A stretch of 64,000 bases of DNA from Geosiphon pyriformis uo1 (taxonomy: Eukaryota; Fungi; Glomeromycota), in contig JAAOMT010000009.1 of assembly GCA_016748015.1 (NCBI GenBank), forward strand, positions 1,675,924-1,739,923, given 5' to 3'. The notes beneath the pieces were generated by a model. That model searched no databases, was not told where the DNA came from, and worked only from the letters and a program-made list of their open reading frames with translations. Below are positions 1 to 12,984 of this stretch, in pieces. The position numbers were made by a program, and so were the translations under genes. How positions within the stretch are numbered: position 1 is the first letter of the stretch; each line of letters starts with the position of its first letter.

Positions 1-800
1 TTACAACTTGTATATATGAATTTCTTCTTCAAACTAGTTAAGTACAATCACTAAGATCTAATAGTGTCTTTTTATTTTTCTGGTAAGCTAACAAAATAAT
101 GTTAATATTCAATCCTAGGGAAAGCTTTTCTTTTTTACCAGGCTATTATAAAGTTTATTCTCAAACAGTTAATTTTACAATGTTGTTGTTTCACAAGAGA
201 ATAAAAAAATAAAATAAATAAAATAAAATAAAATAAAATAAAAAATAAAATAAAATAAAAATAAAAGAAAGAAATTAGTATTGTCAATTACTGTAATCAA
301 GAGTAATTGGTTCAAGTTATTATTATTTAAGACAATTTTATGCTAAAAGCATTTGGCCAAAAATGAAGATAAAAAATGATTAATTCAGTTTAGACACAGA
401 ATTTAGTGAATTATATATAAGTAAGTTTTTTTTATTTCGAATATTTTTTTTATTTTAGAGTCATATAAATATATAAGTAAGGTGAATCTAATAGTTATGA
501 GTAAAAAAAATGTATTTTTTATTTATTTTTGTTTTCTGTTTGTACTTTTTTTTTTGCTAAAACTACTTATTTTTATACAGATTTTTTGTTTTACAAAATT
601 ATTTTTAATTGTTTATTATTACTAGTTATTGCTTGCTATTTCTGTTGTTGTTTTGTTTTTTTACACTATAATTAGTTATTCTATGCTATAGTTAGTTATT
701 TATGTTATTGTGTATTATCTTAAGTTATAACACATTATTTTGTATTATTTTGTGTTATCACATTTTTTCTAAGTTATCATGTTTTTAATCACGTTTTTTC
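1..800. repeat. Decayed LTR-like repeat fragment; related copy in opposite orientation at about 52330-53070
   Basis: Segments such as gagtaattggttcaag and ggctattataaagtttattctcaaacagttaatt match the reverse complement of about 52810-52930. Ends are approximate. Confidence 0.5.
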
Positions 801-849
801 AATATTTTTTGAATTGGGTTTTTTACTCAAATAATACTGTTTAATTTTT

Positions 850-1584
850 CTAAAAAGTTTGCTGAACTTTTCAAAATAAATTATAACAGATTTAATTAGT
901 TTTTGTTTAATATTTCAAAAGTAATTTTGAAAAGTAATTAAAATATTGTTGTTAGTAAACTGTTTAAAAAAACAGTTTTGAAAATATTTTAATTACCAAA
1001 AGTTATTGTTAAATTTTCAAATTATTTAGCTATAATTCTTTGTAGAAAGTAGAAAATTGTTTTCAATATTTTTATTGTATTTTATCTATTGGTATTTTCT
1101 GTTTTAGTAACTTTGTTAAATTATTCTTAAAAACTGGTTTTGGTATTTTTTTCTGAAAATTCAGAGATTTTTGCAATATAAATAGTAATTATTTTTTTAT
1201 TTTTTTATTGTTATCTATAATTTTCTATTTATTTATTTATTTTTCAATAAATTTAAAAATGTTTTTTTTATTGGTTAGTGTTTTTAAATATTTATTCTGG
1301 TTTTCTGTTAAATAATTAAAAAAATTAGTGCTTATGTAAATTAATTTTGGCTGTTAAATAAAACTTTTTGTAAAGTTTTTTGGTTTTAAAAAACAATTAA
1401 ATAGTAAATTAAGTATTTGTACTTATGCTATAATGCAAATTATTTATAGTTATCAAACAATTTATATAATTTTAAATTGTATCTAGTCTTCTAATTTTAA
1501 TAATATTAAAAAACTAAACTGTAAATATAATAGATTAAGTTTTTTTTTCATATTTACAGTTTAATTTTTTGAATTATATTATAT
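850..1584 (-). pseudogene. Decayed gag remnant resembling family C; host of element A1
   Basis: The reverse complement of about 860-1130 resembles the gag segment at about 55800-56110 (FKTAFLKQFTDNN..., FNKLFRK). Confidence 0.5.
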
Positions 1585-2222
1585 TGTTATGGTTAAAATT
1601 CATATTTTTTATTAGTTATTACATATATTAACCACTAATATTATATAATTAGCCACCTTATTTTTAAATAGTAATTATTAATCTGGTTGTTGACTACTTT
1701 CAATAGTTATATAAATAATAGATTTCTTAGTTGTAGAAAAGCATATAAAAATCAAAGAAAGAAAAAAAAATAACAACTTTATCTCAATTTTTCTCTTCTT
1801 GCTAATTTTTTTTCCTTTATTTTTAAGTATCTAAACATCTTGGAATAAAAAATTACTTGTTGGCATTTATCTACTCTTTTTCTGATTCATAAAATTGTAG
1901 CATTTGAAAATTATTGAATAAAATATAACTAAAGAGCACATTTAATATCTGATATTAAATTCTAAGAGCATCAATATAAGGCATAAAATTATATCTGTGT
2001 ATTATTATTTGTTAACAGTACAGACTATTACTTTATTTTCAGATTTTCCAGTTATTTTTTGAAAAAAATAGCAACTGAGATATTTTATGAAACTGATTTT
2101 ACACATTAAATTTATACTCATTTAATTTACTTTCCAAAGTTAAATTTTTTTTGATTAATTCTATTACCCTACAATTCTGTTTTTTCTTGCTATTTATTAG
2201 CTTGTTATTTCAATTCATAACA
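1585..2222 (+). repeat. 5' LTR of A1
   Basis: TGTTATGG...ATAACA; aligns with 10238-10903. Confidence 0.92.
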
Positions 2223-2228
2223 TAAAAG

Positions 2229-2246
2229 TGGTGCTTTCTATAAGGT
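2229..2246 (+). promoter_or_regulatory. Putative primer-binding site (decayed)
   Basis: TGGTGCT.. a few nt after the LTR. The better-preserved A2 copy reads TGGTGCTCCCTGTGAAGT. Confidence 0.65.
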
Positions 2247-3564
2247 TGTCAAAATCCACATTGTTTTCTATTGTATGAATAATTATTTATACCTGCCACA
2301 ACAATCAGAAAAACACTTTAAAGCACACAACAAAAATAATCTAAACTTTATTAAACTCAATTTTTTGTTCTCCTGCTTGATTTGTTTTTCTGTTCAAGAA
2401 CATTTCAGTAAACAATTCCAAGATTTTTGGAACTGGTTTCTGAATAAACACTTAGCTGAAATCTACACAGCCTATACAATCTACTTTTTTGAACAAGCTT
2501 ACTTTGAAGACAATCTTGAAGAAAGAAACAATAACATTAATCAGCTTTTATATTCAACAACTTTTGAATAACAGCCTCCTAATTTTGAATATTTGAATCA
2601 TCAAATCTACATTTGGATTGCTGTTCATCAATCAGCTAAAACATCTCTTGAAACAGAAGAAAAAAGCTATCAAACTGCTTTTGTTTTTGATCTCTTCTCA
2701 AGTAATTCAGATTATTCCACACAAACTTTTACTCCTAAACCAATGACTGCTGATTCTATGCAAGTAAACATTTTGGCTGCCCTCCAAAATATACAAACTG
2801 CTCTAGAGTAAAGAAACAACACTTCATTACTATTATTTAGAAGTAATGCACAAAACCCAATTGAATAGTTAAACAATTTTAAAAAAACAGCCACTGCAAA
2901 TCAGTATAATACAGAATACAAATTCCAAATTATTGGTAACTACTTTTAAGGCTCTCTTGCTATTTGGTTCTCACAAGAAACCAATACTAATGCTTACCAA
3001 AGAATCATTAAATAGACACCAACAAATACTAAAGAAGAAAATATCTTTTTTCTTATTTAATTTGAAAACAAATTCAGAACTTCCATCTTAATCTCAAAAT
3101 GGCATATAGAATTAGAAAGAAGAACCCAAGATTCTGGTAATGTTGTAACTGAGTATGCCAAAGCAATTAGAAAGTTAATCAAGCAAATAGACTTTAAAAA
3201 AAACTAGACAAAAAAGCAAAAAATTTATTCCTTTACAAAAAGATTAAGAACTAATTTTTCATATGCTCTTTGGTCTCTCTTGGCTTTAAAAAATAATCCA
3301 ACAATAGATATGGCCATTAAACTTGTCCAATAAATTAAAAATAATCAAAAAATACATTTGAGATCTAATTTTTTAGTTTTTGTTTCTGCTTTTATTCTGG
3401 CTCTTGCTTCTTAAATAGCTGCTACTTTTTTCATTGTTTAAACTTAAAACCCAAATGAACAGTTAATAGATTAACTTACAGCAAATCTTGCTTGGCTATT
3501 AGAACTATTGGCATAAACAATCAGATATAAGTAGCAACTACAAAAACCCAGATTTAAACCATGC

Positions 3565-4458
3565 TGTTATTCATAGAAATTTAGGAATTCTTAATAAGAA
3601 TATAAAGTAGCCAATTAAAGATAAGTGTAATAAAAAAGAAATTTCAGAATTTTTTTTAAAAAATTGCAAAATTTCAGGAATTGCAGAATTTTTCTCAAGA
3701 AATTACAAGATTCCAGAAATTCCAGAATTTCTGGCTAGAAGAATTAAAAGAATCTAAGAAATCTTATATAACAGTAATTATGTATATATAACAAGAGTAT
3801 TAAAAGCAGAAAAGACAGATTTTAGTTCAAAATCAATACTCACAATCAATTAATTATTTAGTATTTCTCTCTTCAAAAGTAGTTTTTTACAATTTAAAGT
3901 AGAATGAAATTTTATATTAATAAAATATTAATTATTATCTGAATTCATATTATTGTTATTTAATTAAAGAATATTAAAATTGTTTCCACTTTATTAATAC
4001 TCCATATTGATAGAACTTAATACTTAATTACACTGAACCAATAACTTTTAATTATGACTATTGACAAAATACTAATTTCTTATTTTCTTTTTTATTTTTT
4101 TTTATTTTTTTTTATTTTGTTTCGTTTTTTTGTTGTTTATTAATTAATTAAAGAATTAATACATAAAGTTATTAACATCAAAAAAGATTGGTAAAAGACC
4201 CAAAACAAAAATAAAAACTTGGAAATTGAAGATAGCTTATCAGAAGAAACCAGCTATTAAGCTGAAAAAAAAAATTCATAGAATATATTTCTAAAAGAAT
4301 ACTAAAACAATTATTGAATCTCTGTCTATTATATAAAAAACTTAACCAAAATCTTTAAATTACAAAAATTTTCAGAAAATACCAATTGCAACCAGCTATT
4401 GAGCACCAAGTTACAAGTTTGTTATTTGTTTTTACATCCCAAATAATTATCTGTAACA
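3565..4458 (+). mobile_element. Solo LTR, family B, inserted in A1 gag
   Basis: TGTTATTCATAGAA...CTGTAACA. Absent from the colinear A2 position. Flanks ATGC/ACAT (decayed TSD). Homologous to 26384-27296. Confidence 0.88.
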
Positions 4459-4692
4459 ACATTTCAATTAGTCTTAGCAATCATTATATCAAAGACAACA
4501 AAATTATGGTCCACTTGTATGACACTTTTTTAGAAATTGCAACAATCTTCTCTTGCTTTTTTTAGCTTCTAAAAACAATAACACTTAGAATAACAAATAC
4601 AACAATAATAATACTCCTAATTAAAGATCTAATCATGTTAACATCAATTTCTTTGAAGAAGATTCTCTGACTAAAGCAACTGTTTATCAGCC

Positions 4693-4742
4693 TTTAAATT
4701 GGTAGGTGCATTTCCAAAGAGTAAGAGTGCAAGCCAACCAGA
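4693..4742 (+). promoter_or_regulatory. Decayed -1 frameshift signal of A1 (TTTAAAT plus hairpin)
   Basis: Homologous to the intact TTTAAAC site of A2, two codons before the gag stop. Confidence 0.6.
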
Positions 4743-5181
4743 AAAAAACTTTTTTTATATTTTTAATCTAACTAATAATAACCATAACATAAATAAATTA
4801 GCAATCAACTCCTTTGACTTAATAAAAAAAAAACCAAGATTGATTTTGCTTTGGACTTCAATAAAGCTTCTATATTAACTTTTGATAACAATAAGCCACC
4901 AAAAGTTAAAGTTTTTAAGAATTCTCAGAGATAGTACAAAAATCTGGTCCCTATTCTATTGTCAAAAATCTCATAAAAACACCAGCTCACATTATTTTTG
5001 GCCAATTAATAACCCATCCACAGTTCAGAAAAAATCTTCACAAATTTTTGATTTCTAAGAAGAAAATATCAAAAACCAACAAACACTCTTATTAAACTGA
5101 ACTTGTTAACAACAACAATATTACTCTTTTAATTTGCAAAGCCTAAGTAGCTGGATACTTTATTGATTTAATCCTAGACAG

Positions 5182-6193
5182 TGTTACTGGAGGTTTTTGG
5201 TCTCTTTTCTTGAATGTTGTAACTGTCTGTTGGTTGCAAATTCACGTTTTCTAGAAATAGTTGAACCTCCAATAACTGAATTTATCTTCAAATTATCTCC
5301 TGTAATTTGAACTGCTGGGCTTATAAGTGGAATGGCCAATTCTTTACCAGTTACTTTATGTAGTTATGTTGTAGTAAACGTCAACTCTTTCCCAGGAATT
5401 GCTCATCTGGAAGCTCACTAAAAATGTGTAGTTACTTTGCTGTGAAAGTCAACTCTTCTACAGAAATCTTGTCTGTAGGCTACCCTAATGATTGTAATAA
5501 GAAAAGAAAAGAAAAATAAAAAAAATGTAAAAGAAATAGGATTTTATTAAGAGAAACGTTTTCTATCCAGGTCTGGAGTCACTAACAGTTTATTGAAATT
5601 GGTAGCTAATCAATTTCAAAACGTTAGTTGTGTTGAGGGAATTTCAAGTGTAATAATTTAAGAATTTGGTTTTCAAATATTTAATTTTTATTTGATTTTG
5701 TAAAAGATGATTTGTTTCAATTAAGATATCTAAAGTAAGATACTATGGTAAGGTACTATGAGAAGATACATTTTCTTGAAAAAAAAAGCTCTTCTTTTAT
5801 ACAACTTGTTGTAGTACTAGTCTATGAACTTGCACTTTTTCTTTTTGCTCAAATTTCGGCAAACTAAAGATACATTTTGATGAACTACAAGTTATTTCGC
5901 TGAACTATTGATTAATTTGGGTGAACTATTCATAATTTCGGCGAATTTCTATAAATTTCGGCGAATTTCTGTAAATTTCGGCGAATTTTAGAATGTTACA
6001 AAGTTCAGGGTATTGTGTAATTTGATCATCCTACTTTCTGTTATACTAATTGAATTATTTAATTGAATCGTGATATGTGATAATTGATTAAATAATAAAT
6101 GATAATTTGAAATGATATTAATATACTAATTAATTATAGGAATTATAAGGGTAATTTTTCTGCTAATTAATAGCTAAAATTCTACTGGTAACA
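5182..6193 (-). mobile_element. Solo LTR, family C, inserted in the A1 protease active-site codons
   Basis: TGTTAC...GTAACA ends. Perfect TSD ACAG (5178-5181, 6194-6197). Reverse complement aligns with the LTRs at 54067-55037 and 63725 onward. Confidence 0.93.
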
Positions 6194-9100
6194 ACAGTAA
6201 GTTATTTGTAAGTATTATTGCCAAACACTATTATTGTTAACAATAAATGGCTTAAGAAAGCAAAAACTTTGTTTAATTATAAACTGTGTGAATTAACCAT
6301 AAGATGTGATAAGAAACCCATTGTAGTTAAATGTTGTTATTGAACAATCTCTTCAGTATCCAAACAAGATCCAAAAGAAAAACAATCAGATAAATTAGAT
6401 AATAAAAAAAGTAAAAAAGATAAAAATAAAAAAGAGCAAGAAAAAACAGTTAAACTTGTCTATACTACTTTTACCAACAATAACAAGCTACTAGACAATA
6501 TTAAAGTGAACAAAAAAAAATTATTGTAAATAGCAAGCTAATCTGTTGATCATACTATGACATATTCAAAAGAATCTTTAACAGAAAGTTTAACAAGAAA
6601 GTCAAATACAGTTATTGATAGCATGTTCTTTGTGCCCAATACTGGTGCATTAAACCATTGTATTCTTTCAATAATAAATATAAATTCTGTCTAATCTATT
6701 ACAAAGATTGGAAACCAATCAGTCTAATATTCTGAGATGAAATAAAAGAAATACAAAGTTTTTTGAGAATGAACCACTAGAGATACAGTCATTAATAGTA
6801 AAACAAAGTAAATTCTTCTTTGAAAAAAAAAAGTGGACATTAAAAATAGTGCTAACTAAAAACAGCTCAGTTATCTTAAAAAAATAATACCTTAGATGTA
6901 CTTATGTAATACAACATACTATTACCACCAGAAAAACTCATTTTATCTATTTGAAATCCTATTAATCCAATTGACACAATAATAAGTTCATTAAAAAAAA
7001 AATAAACCAAATGAAAAATTTTGGATTTATACAAAAAACCAAGAGTGAATAGGCTTTTTTAGTTGTAGTAATATCCAAAAAAAAGAAAATTCTACACTTT
7101 TGTGTTGACTACTGCCAATTAAATATCATTACTAAAAGAAACATGTATCTACTTTCCAAAATTGATGCAATGCTAAACAAATTCAATGGTACTGCTTTTT
7201 TCTTAACTATTGACTTAACTGTTGAATTTTGGCAAGTAAAAATAGATCCAGAAAGCAGAAAGAAAACTGTCTTCATTACCAAGTATGATACCTACGAATT
7301 TACAGTCATGTTTTTTGGTCTTACCAATGCTCCTCTTATTTTTCAATGCTTAATGGACAAAGTATTTGAATTAGTAAAAGAAAACTTTATTCTGGTTTAT
7401 TTAGACGACATAATAATATACTCAAAAACTTGAAATAAACATCTTAAATATTTACAAAAGATTTTTGATCTCTTAAGAAATGCTGGTCTCAAGATTAACC
7501 CAATCAAATTTTTCTTTGGATAACAATTCACCCAGTTTTTTGGTTATCTTATTACAAAAAATAGAATTTTCCTTGATCCAACCAAAGTTGAATAAGTCCA
7601 GAACATTAAACAATTAATAAATGTTCATAAACTATCTTTTTTCTTTGAATTGGTTTCTTATTATTACAAATTTATCAAAAATTTTTCCAAATTACCTTTT
7701 CTTTTAATTAGTTACTTAAGAAAAATGTTAATTATTACTAGAGTATACATTAACAAAAAATATTTAAAACTTTGAAAAAAAAATTGGTTACAAAATCTAT
7801 CTTTATACAATATAATCTAAATCAATCTTTCATATTTTATACTAATGTATTTAATTATAGACTTGGTGCTATTTTCTTACAAAAAGTAAAAATAACAAGA
7901 AATATGCTATAGCATATACAAGTAGAATACTTTTACCAGCAGAACAAAACTATTTAGTTATTGAACAAAAATATTTAGCAGTAGTTTGGACTACTAGTTA
8001 CTAGGATAAATATTTTCTTGTTGTAAAATTTCTAGTAATAACAGATCATCAAGCCTTGGTTTGATTACACAACAAAAAAAAGCTGAAACACAAAAAGATA
8101 ACTTACTGAATATTTTACTTGAATGAATTTAACTATAATATTCAATATCACAAAGAAGCAAATTATCAAAATGCCAATGCTTTTTTCAAATTTTTCACCC
8201 AATAATAATACAATCTTACAACCCAAACTAACTTAATTATTAGTAACTCCCTTTTAACCAAACATAATAATAGACTTGGACAACTATTCTACACTAATGA
8301 AATTTTTGAGTAAAAAACAATACCCATTAAACTACAATTAACAGTAAAGAGAACATTTATGTAAACAATTAAATTTCTATTTGATTTATTAGAACCAACT
8401 TTATAAAAAAAATAAAAAAGATTCTGATTGCTTCCAAAGAGTTATTAGATTTGAAGAAAAAAAAATTATAATCTATAACATGCACATTAATTTATTAGTT
8501 GAATATTTTGAAAAAACAAAAACAATTCAAAAAACTTCAGCTTACTATTATTGGCTTATCTTAAGAAAATACATTGCTGAATACATTAAAATCTGTAATA
8601 CTTACCAAAGAAGAGAAAAACCCAATTACAAAAAAATATACACTTCATTTTTGTTGGTCAACTATTTAACAGAATCAGTATAGATGTTGTTAGATTTTTA
8701 ACAATAACTCCTGATGACAACAAATATATTTTTATAGCTACCAATTATCTTACAAAATGGATAGAAGCAAGAGCCACTTCAGACTAAATAGCAGTCTCTA
8801 TAGCCAATTTTATTTATGAAGATATCATTTGCTATTATGGCTGTTCCAAAGAATTTTTATCTAATAAAAAAAGAGTTTTTCTCAGTACACTAGTTGAAAA
8901 ACTTTGTAAAAAAATAGAAATATGTTATAAACTTTCTTCTTCTTATCATTTTCAAACAAATGGCTTAGTAGAATATTTTAACAAAACACTATATAAAACC
9001 TTAGCCAAAACCAGTGAAGAAATAAATTTATAAAACAAAGTACTGTTTTCAGTCTTGTTTACTTATAAAATTGTAAATTATGAAATAACAAATTATGAAT

Positions 9101-9609
9101 TCTTTTATCTGCTCTATGGACAAATAGCAATATTACCAATAGAGACTAACATTGAAACAATACTATTTAAAGAAATTACAATAGAAAATTACAAAAACAT
9201 TTTGCAAAAAAAACTTGGTATCATTCTTGACTCCTTAGTAAAAGCACAAATAATTGTCTTTGAAAAAATAAAACAGTTTCAAAAAAAGCTTAAGAAAAAA
9301 AAAACTTATAAAACACTTTTTTTAAGTATTAGTGACTTAGTTTTGAAATACTACTCAAACAAAAACAATGTCTATGGTAATAAGTTTTTTAGCCAGTAAA
9401 AAAAACTCTTTATAGTCAACAAAGTTTTGAACAATAATTTTTATATCTTATAAGATCAATATAGAAAAATTTTCAATGATTATCCTGTTCATGGTATACA
9501 ACTTAAAAAATATCACAAATAATCTGATTGGTTATCTGTTGTGGTAATACTAACCCAAAGAATTAGCAAAAATCAGATATAAATAAATACAAAACAGAAA
9601 TATTTTCAA

Positions 9610-10237
9610 TTAACATAAACAATTATTTTCTAAATTAAAACATTGAAAACACTTTTTATATTTTTCATGAGTATTGGATCAAAAACTATCCAAATACTAC
9701 TTTGATTATTGAAAAACAGACCACTATAATTAATAATAATAGAACACATACTGTTATTAAACCAAAAAAAATCACTATTAAAAAAGAAAGAACTGGTAAT
9801 AAAATAGATAAATATCTGTTGGAAAGCATAATAGCAACAATACTTTTATCTTCTAATACAATTAAAAAACAATTCAAGAAATTTTTTTCATAAACAAAAA
9901 CTTGTTATATAGAAAACAATTAAAACTTTATGGTTATTTTAGTAAAATTATAGAAAATATGAAACTTATAAAGAAAACAACTTCAGAAATACAAATAAAA
10001 ATTTTGGATATTATATAATTAAATGTTCTAAAAGTTTTGATTATTGCTAAAAAAGCCAAAACTTTTATACAAAAATTTGGTCTCTTGAATACAAAACTTA
10101 TTTATCTTAGGTATTATATACTTTATTTACAAAAAACTTTAATAAATTAGTTAGTTTAAGCTAAACAAAATTTTTTAAATAGATTATTTTATGAATAGCT
10201 TGATTTTATTGAAGCTTAATCTCTTTAAAAAGAATAA
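9610..10237 (+). pseudogene. Extra sense ORF3 between integrase and 3' LTR of A1 (decayed)
   Basis: KIDKYLLESIIA segment (ORF 9702-9893) and downstream sequence align with A2 36504-37130. Confidence 0.65.
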
Positions 10238-10903
10238 TGTTATAATTAAAACTTATACTTTTTATTAATTATCATATGTATTAGCCATTGATGTCATATA
10301 ATTAGCCACCTTATTTTTAGATAGTGATCATTGACCTAACTATTGATCTGATTATTAACTTAGTCATTAACTTAGTTGTTAACTACTTTTAATAGCTATA
10401 TAAGTGATGGATCTCTTAACTATAAAAAAGCATATAAGAATCAAAGAAAAAAATAAAATAAAATAACAACTTTATCTCTTCTTATTAATTTTTCTTTTCT
10501 TACCTTTAAGTATCTGAACATCTTAGGATAAAAAATTACTTGTTGGTATTTACCTATCTTTTTTTTGACTTGTATAATTGTAGCATTTGAAAATTATTGA
10601 ATAAAATGTGACTAAAGAACATATTTAATATCTAATATTAAATTTTAAGAGTGCCAATATAAGGCATAGAATTATATTAATATGTTATTATTTATTAACA
10701 GTAGGAATTATCTTTTTACTTTCAAATTTCCCAGTTATTTTTTGAAAAAAATAGCAACTAAGATATTTTATAAGATAATCTCATATATTGAATCTATATT
10801 CATTCAATTTACTTCTCAAAGTTGAATTTTTTTTAATTAATTCTATTATTTTACAATTCTGTTTTCTTTGCTATCTATTAACTTGTTATTTTAATCTGTA
10901 ACA
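10238..10903 (+). repeat. 3' LTR of A1
   Basis: Preceded by a purine-rich tract; TGTTAT...GTAACA. Confidence 0.92.
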
Positions 10904-12984
10904 ATATTTTATAAAGTTATTAAAGTTTAAAATTAGCTATTTTTATTATTAATTTTTAATTTTTGGATGTTAATCAATCAGATTTTAGCCAATTAGCAAT
11001 CATTAAAGTTATATTACCACGTGATAAATCATTAAAGTATTATTATTTTCAGAAATGCTTTTAATTAATATTAATTTAATCTTTAAATAATCACTTTTTT
11101 ATAAAAATATAATATTTTTCAGTCTGTATGTTTTCTGCTAATAACATAGCACTATTAACCATAAATATTTAATTCATATTACTATTATATTCAGTTATTA
11201 TTATCAAGACAGAAATCCAGATATCAATATTGTTTACACCAAGTGCCAAAAGAATCATAAAAATACTATAAACAATTGTTGAAAAATTTAGAAATATTAT
11301 TTGTACTCTATTTATAATCTTGTATTTTTTTCAATAAACATTAAAAACAACTGGTTTTAATGTTAAAAGCAGCAAATTTAAAACAAAAATTGGAATAACT
11401 GTAATATAATTAGCTGTCAGTCCAAGAGTAATACTATGAACAAAATATTTGATATTAAGAAACATTGCAAAAAATTGGTTATTTGTATTAACTCCTATAT
11501 TTTGAAATAAGAACATAACTCAAAATTTATAAAAAAAATTAATACAATTAATTTTTTAATGAATGAATTCTGCAGTAAATTATAGATAGCTTATCTTTTT
11601 TTGCAGCATTATATATCATAATGTTTAAAACATGTATTTTAGAGTAGACAATATTATTTAATAATTCAGTAAATATTTCTGATTTGTTTTTATCTGTAGT
11701 TAAAAAAGTCTGTCAAATGCTTTTGTAAACACTATAATTGTTGACTTTTATGTAATTTTTAGGTTTTTCTGTGCAGTAAGTTCAATATTTGTCTCATTAT
11801 CTGATGTTTAATTAATAATTTGCATTCTATTAAAGTTGGTTTCCTTTTCTACATATTTGTTTTCATTATGTAAATACATCAGTTTAGGCAGATGTAAGAT
11901 TTTTTCTGGAAATCTTGGAACAAAGCTTTTAAGATAGATTGGAAAAACTGAATAGAGTAATGTTGTAATCAAAAACAATTGATTATATAACTTGACTATT
12001 AAATTAGACAAAAGATATAGCTGGCTGATATTTGTATTATCCAAAATTCTGATTTTCAACTTTATTTTTCCAAATGTTCTATTTTGCATATGCTGATTTC
12101 CAAAAATATTTGTTAGTTTTTATTGTTGTATAATAGCATATAATAATATAAATATGAATAGTAATAGAATTTGTTTATTTCAAGTTTTTGACATATCATT
12201 AATTGGTTTTTGATTAAGAATATGCTGCATAAAAAAAACCAAGACAGATTCTGCTAAAAAACTTTTTGTAATTCATGGTATTAAATAGTGTATTATGTGT
12301 ACAAATATAACTTCAGACACAAAGAGATGTATTTTTCTAATTGTTAATAATAGCAAAAAATTTTAATGTTATTATATATGAAAATTTACATATATAAACA
12401 TTATTGTTATCAAATTTTTCAGAATATTCTATAAATAGATTTTATGGAATTAAACTTACAATAATTATATAACAATTTTAAAACAAATATTATACTTTAA
12501 ACATAATCTCTATGTACATAACATAATATTTTTCTACAATATTTTGTAATATATGTTCTTTAATAATTAATGTTTTGAACACTTTTTTTTTGTAAAATCT
12601 TAAAAATAGATTATATTCTGTCTAATAAGAAAAATAATTAAAAGCTTAAAAATATAAAGCATAAAAGTAATAATTATAATTAAAAATTAATTTGATCAGA
12701 TCTGAAAAAAAAAACCCCACAAATCATTTTGCAATTTATGAAAGATAAAAAACAGTAAGCAACTTTGAAAATTTTAACCAGTATTATTTTTATTATAATA
12801 TAAATACTTATTTTGAATTTACAAATAACTTTTCAATAATTATAATGTTGTATTTTTTTTTTTTACATTTAATGAGTGAAATTCAAACACGACCTAGTAC
12901 TATACATCAATCAAATGATTTAAACTAAGAGTGAATCATGCATTTTCCACATGTGACCAGCCACTCAGGCCAACCAGAACGACA

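Larger units (their letters stand above)
2275..9560 (+). pseudogene. gag-pol of A1 with many stops and frameshifts, interrupted by two solo LTRs
   Basis: Fragments match A2 ORFs: gag, protease LILDS, RT (FGLTNAP, VYLDD at 7143-7433), RNase H, integrase zinc-binding and core regions. Confidence 0.9.
1585..10903 (+). mobile_element. Ty3/Gypsy LTR retrotransposon, family A copy 1 (full length, inactive, two nested solo LTRs)
   Basis: LTRs TGTTAT..TAACA at both ends. TSD ATAT at 1581-1584 and 10904-10907. PBS-like TGGTGCT after the 5' LTR. Domain order gag-PR-RT(YLDD)-RH-INT. Colinear with 35764-43518. Confidence 0.95.
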
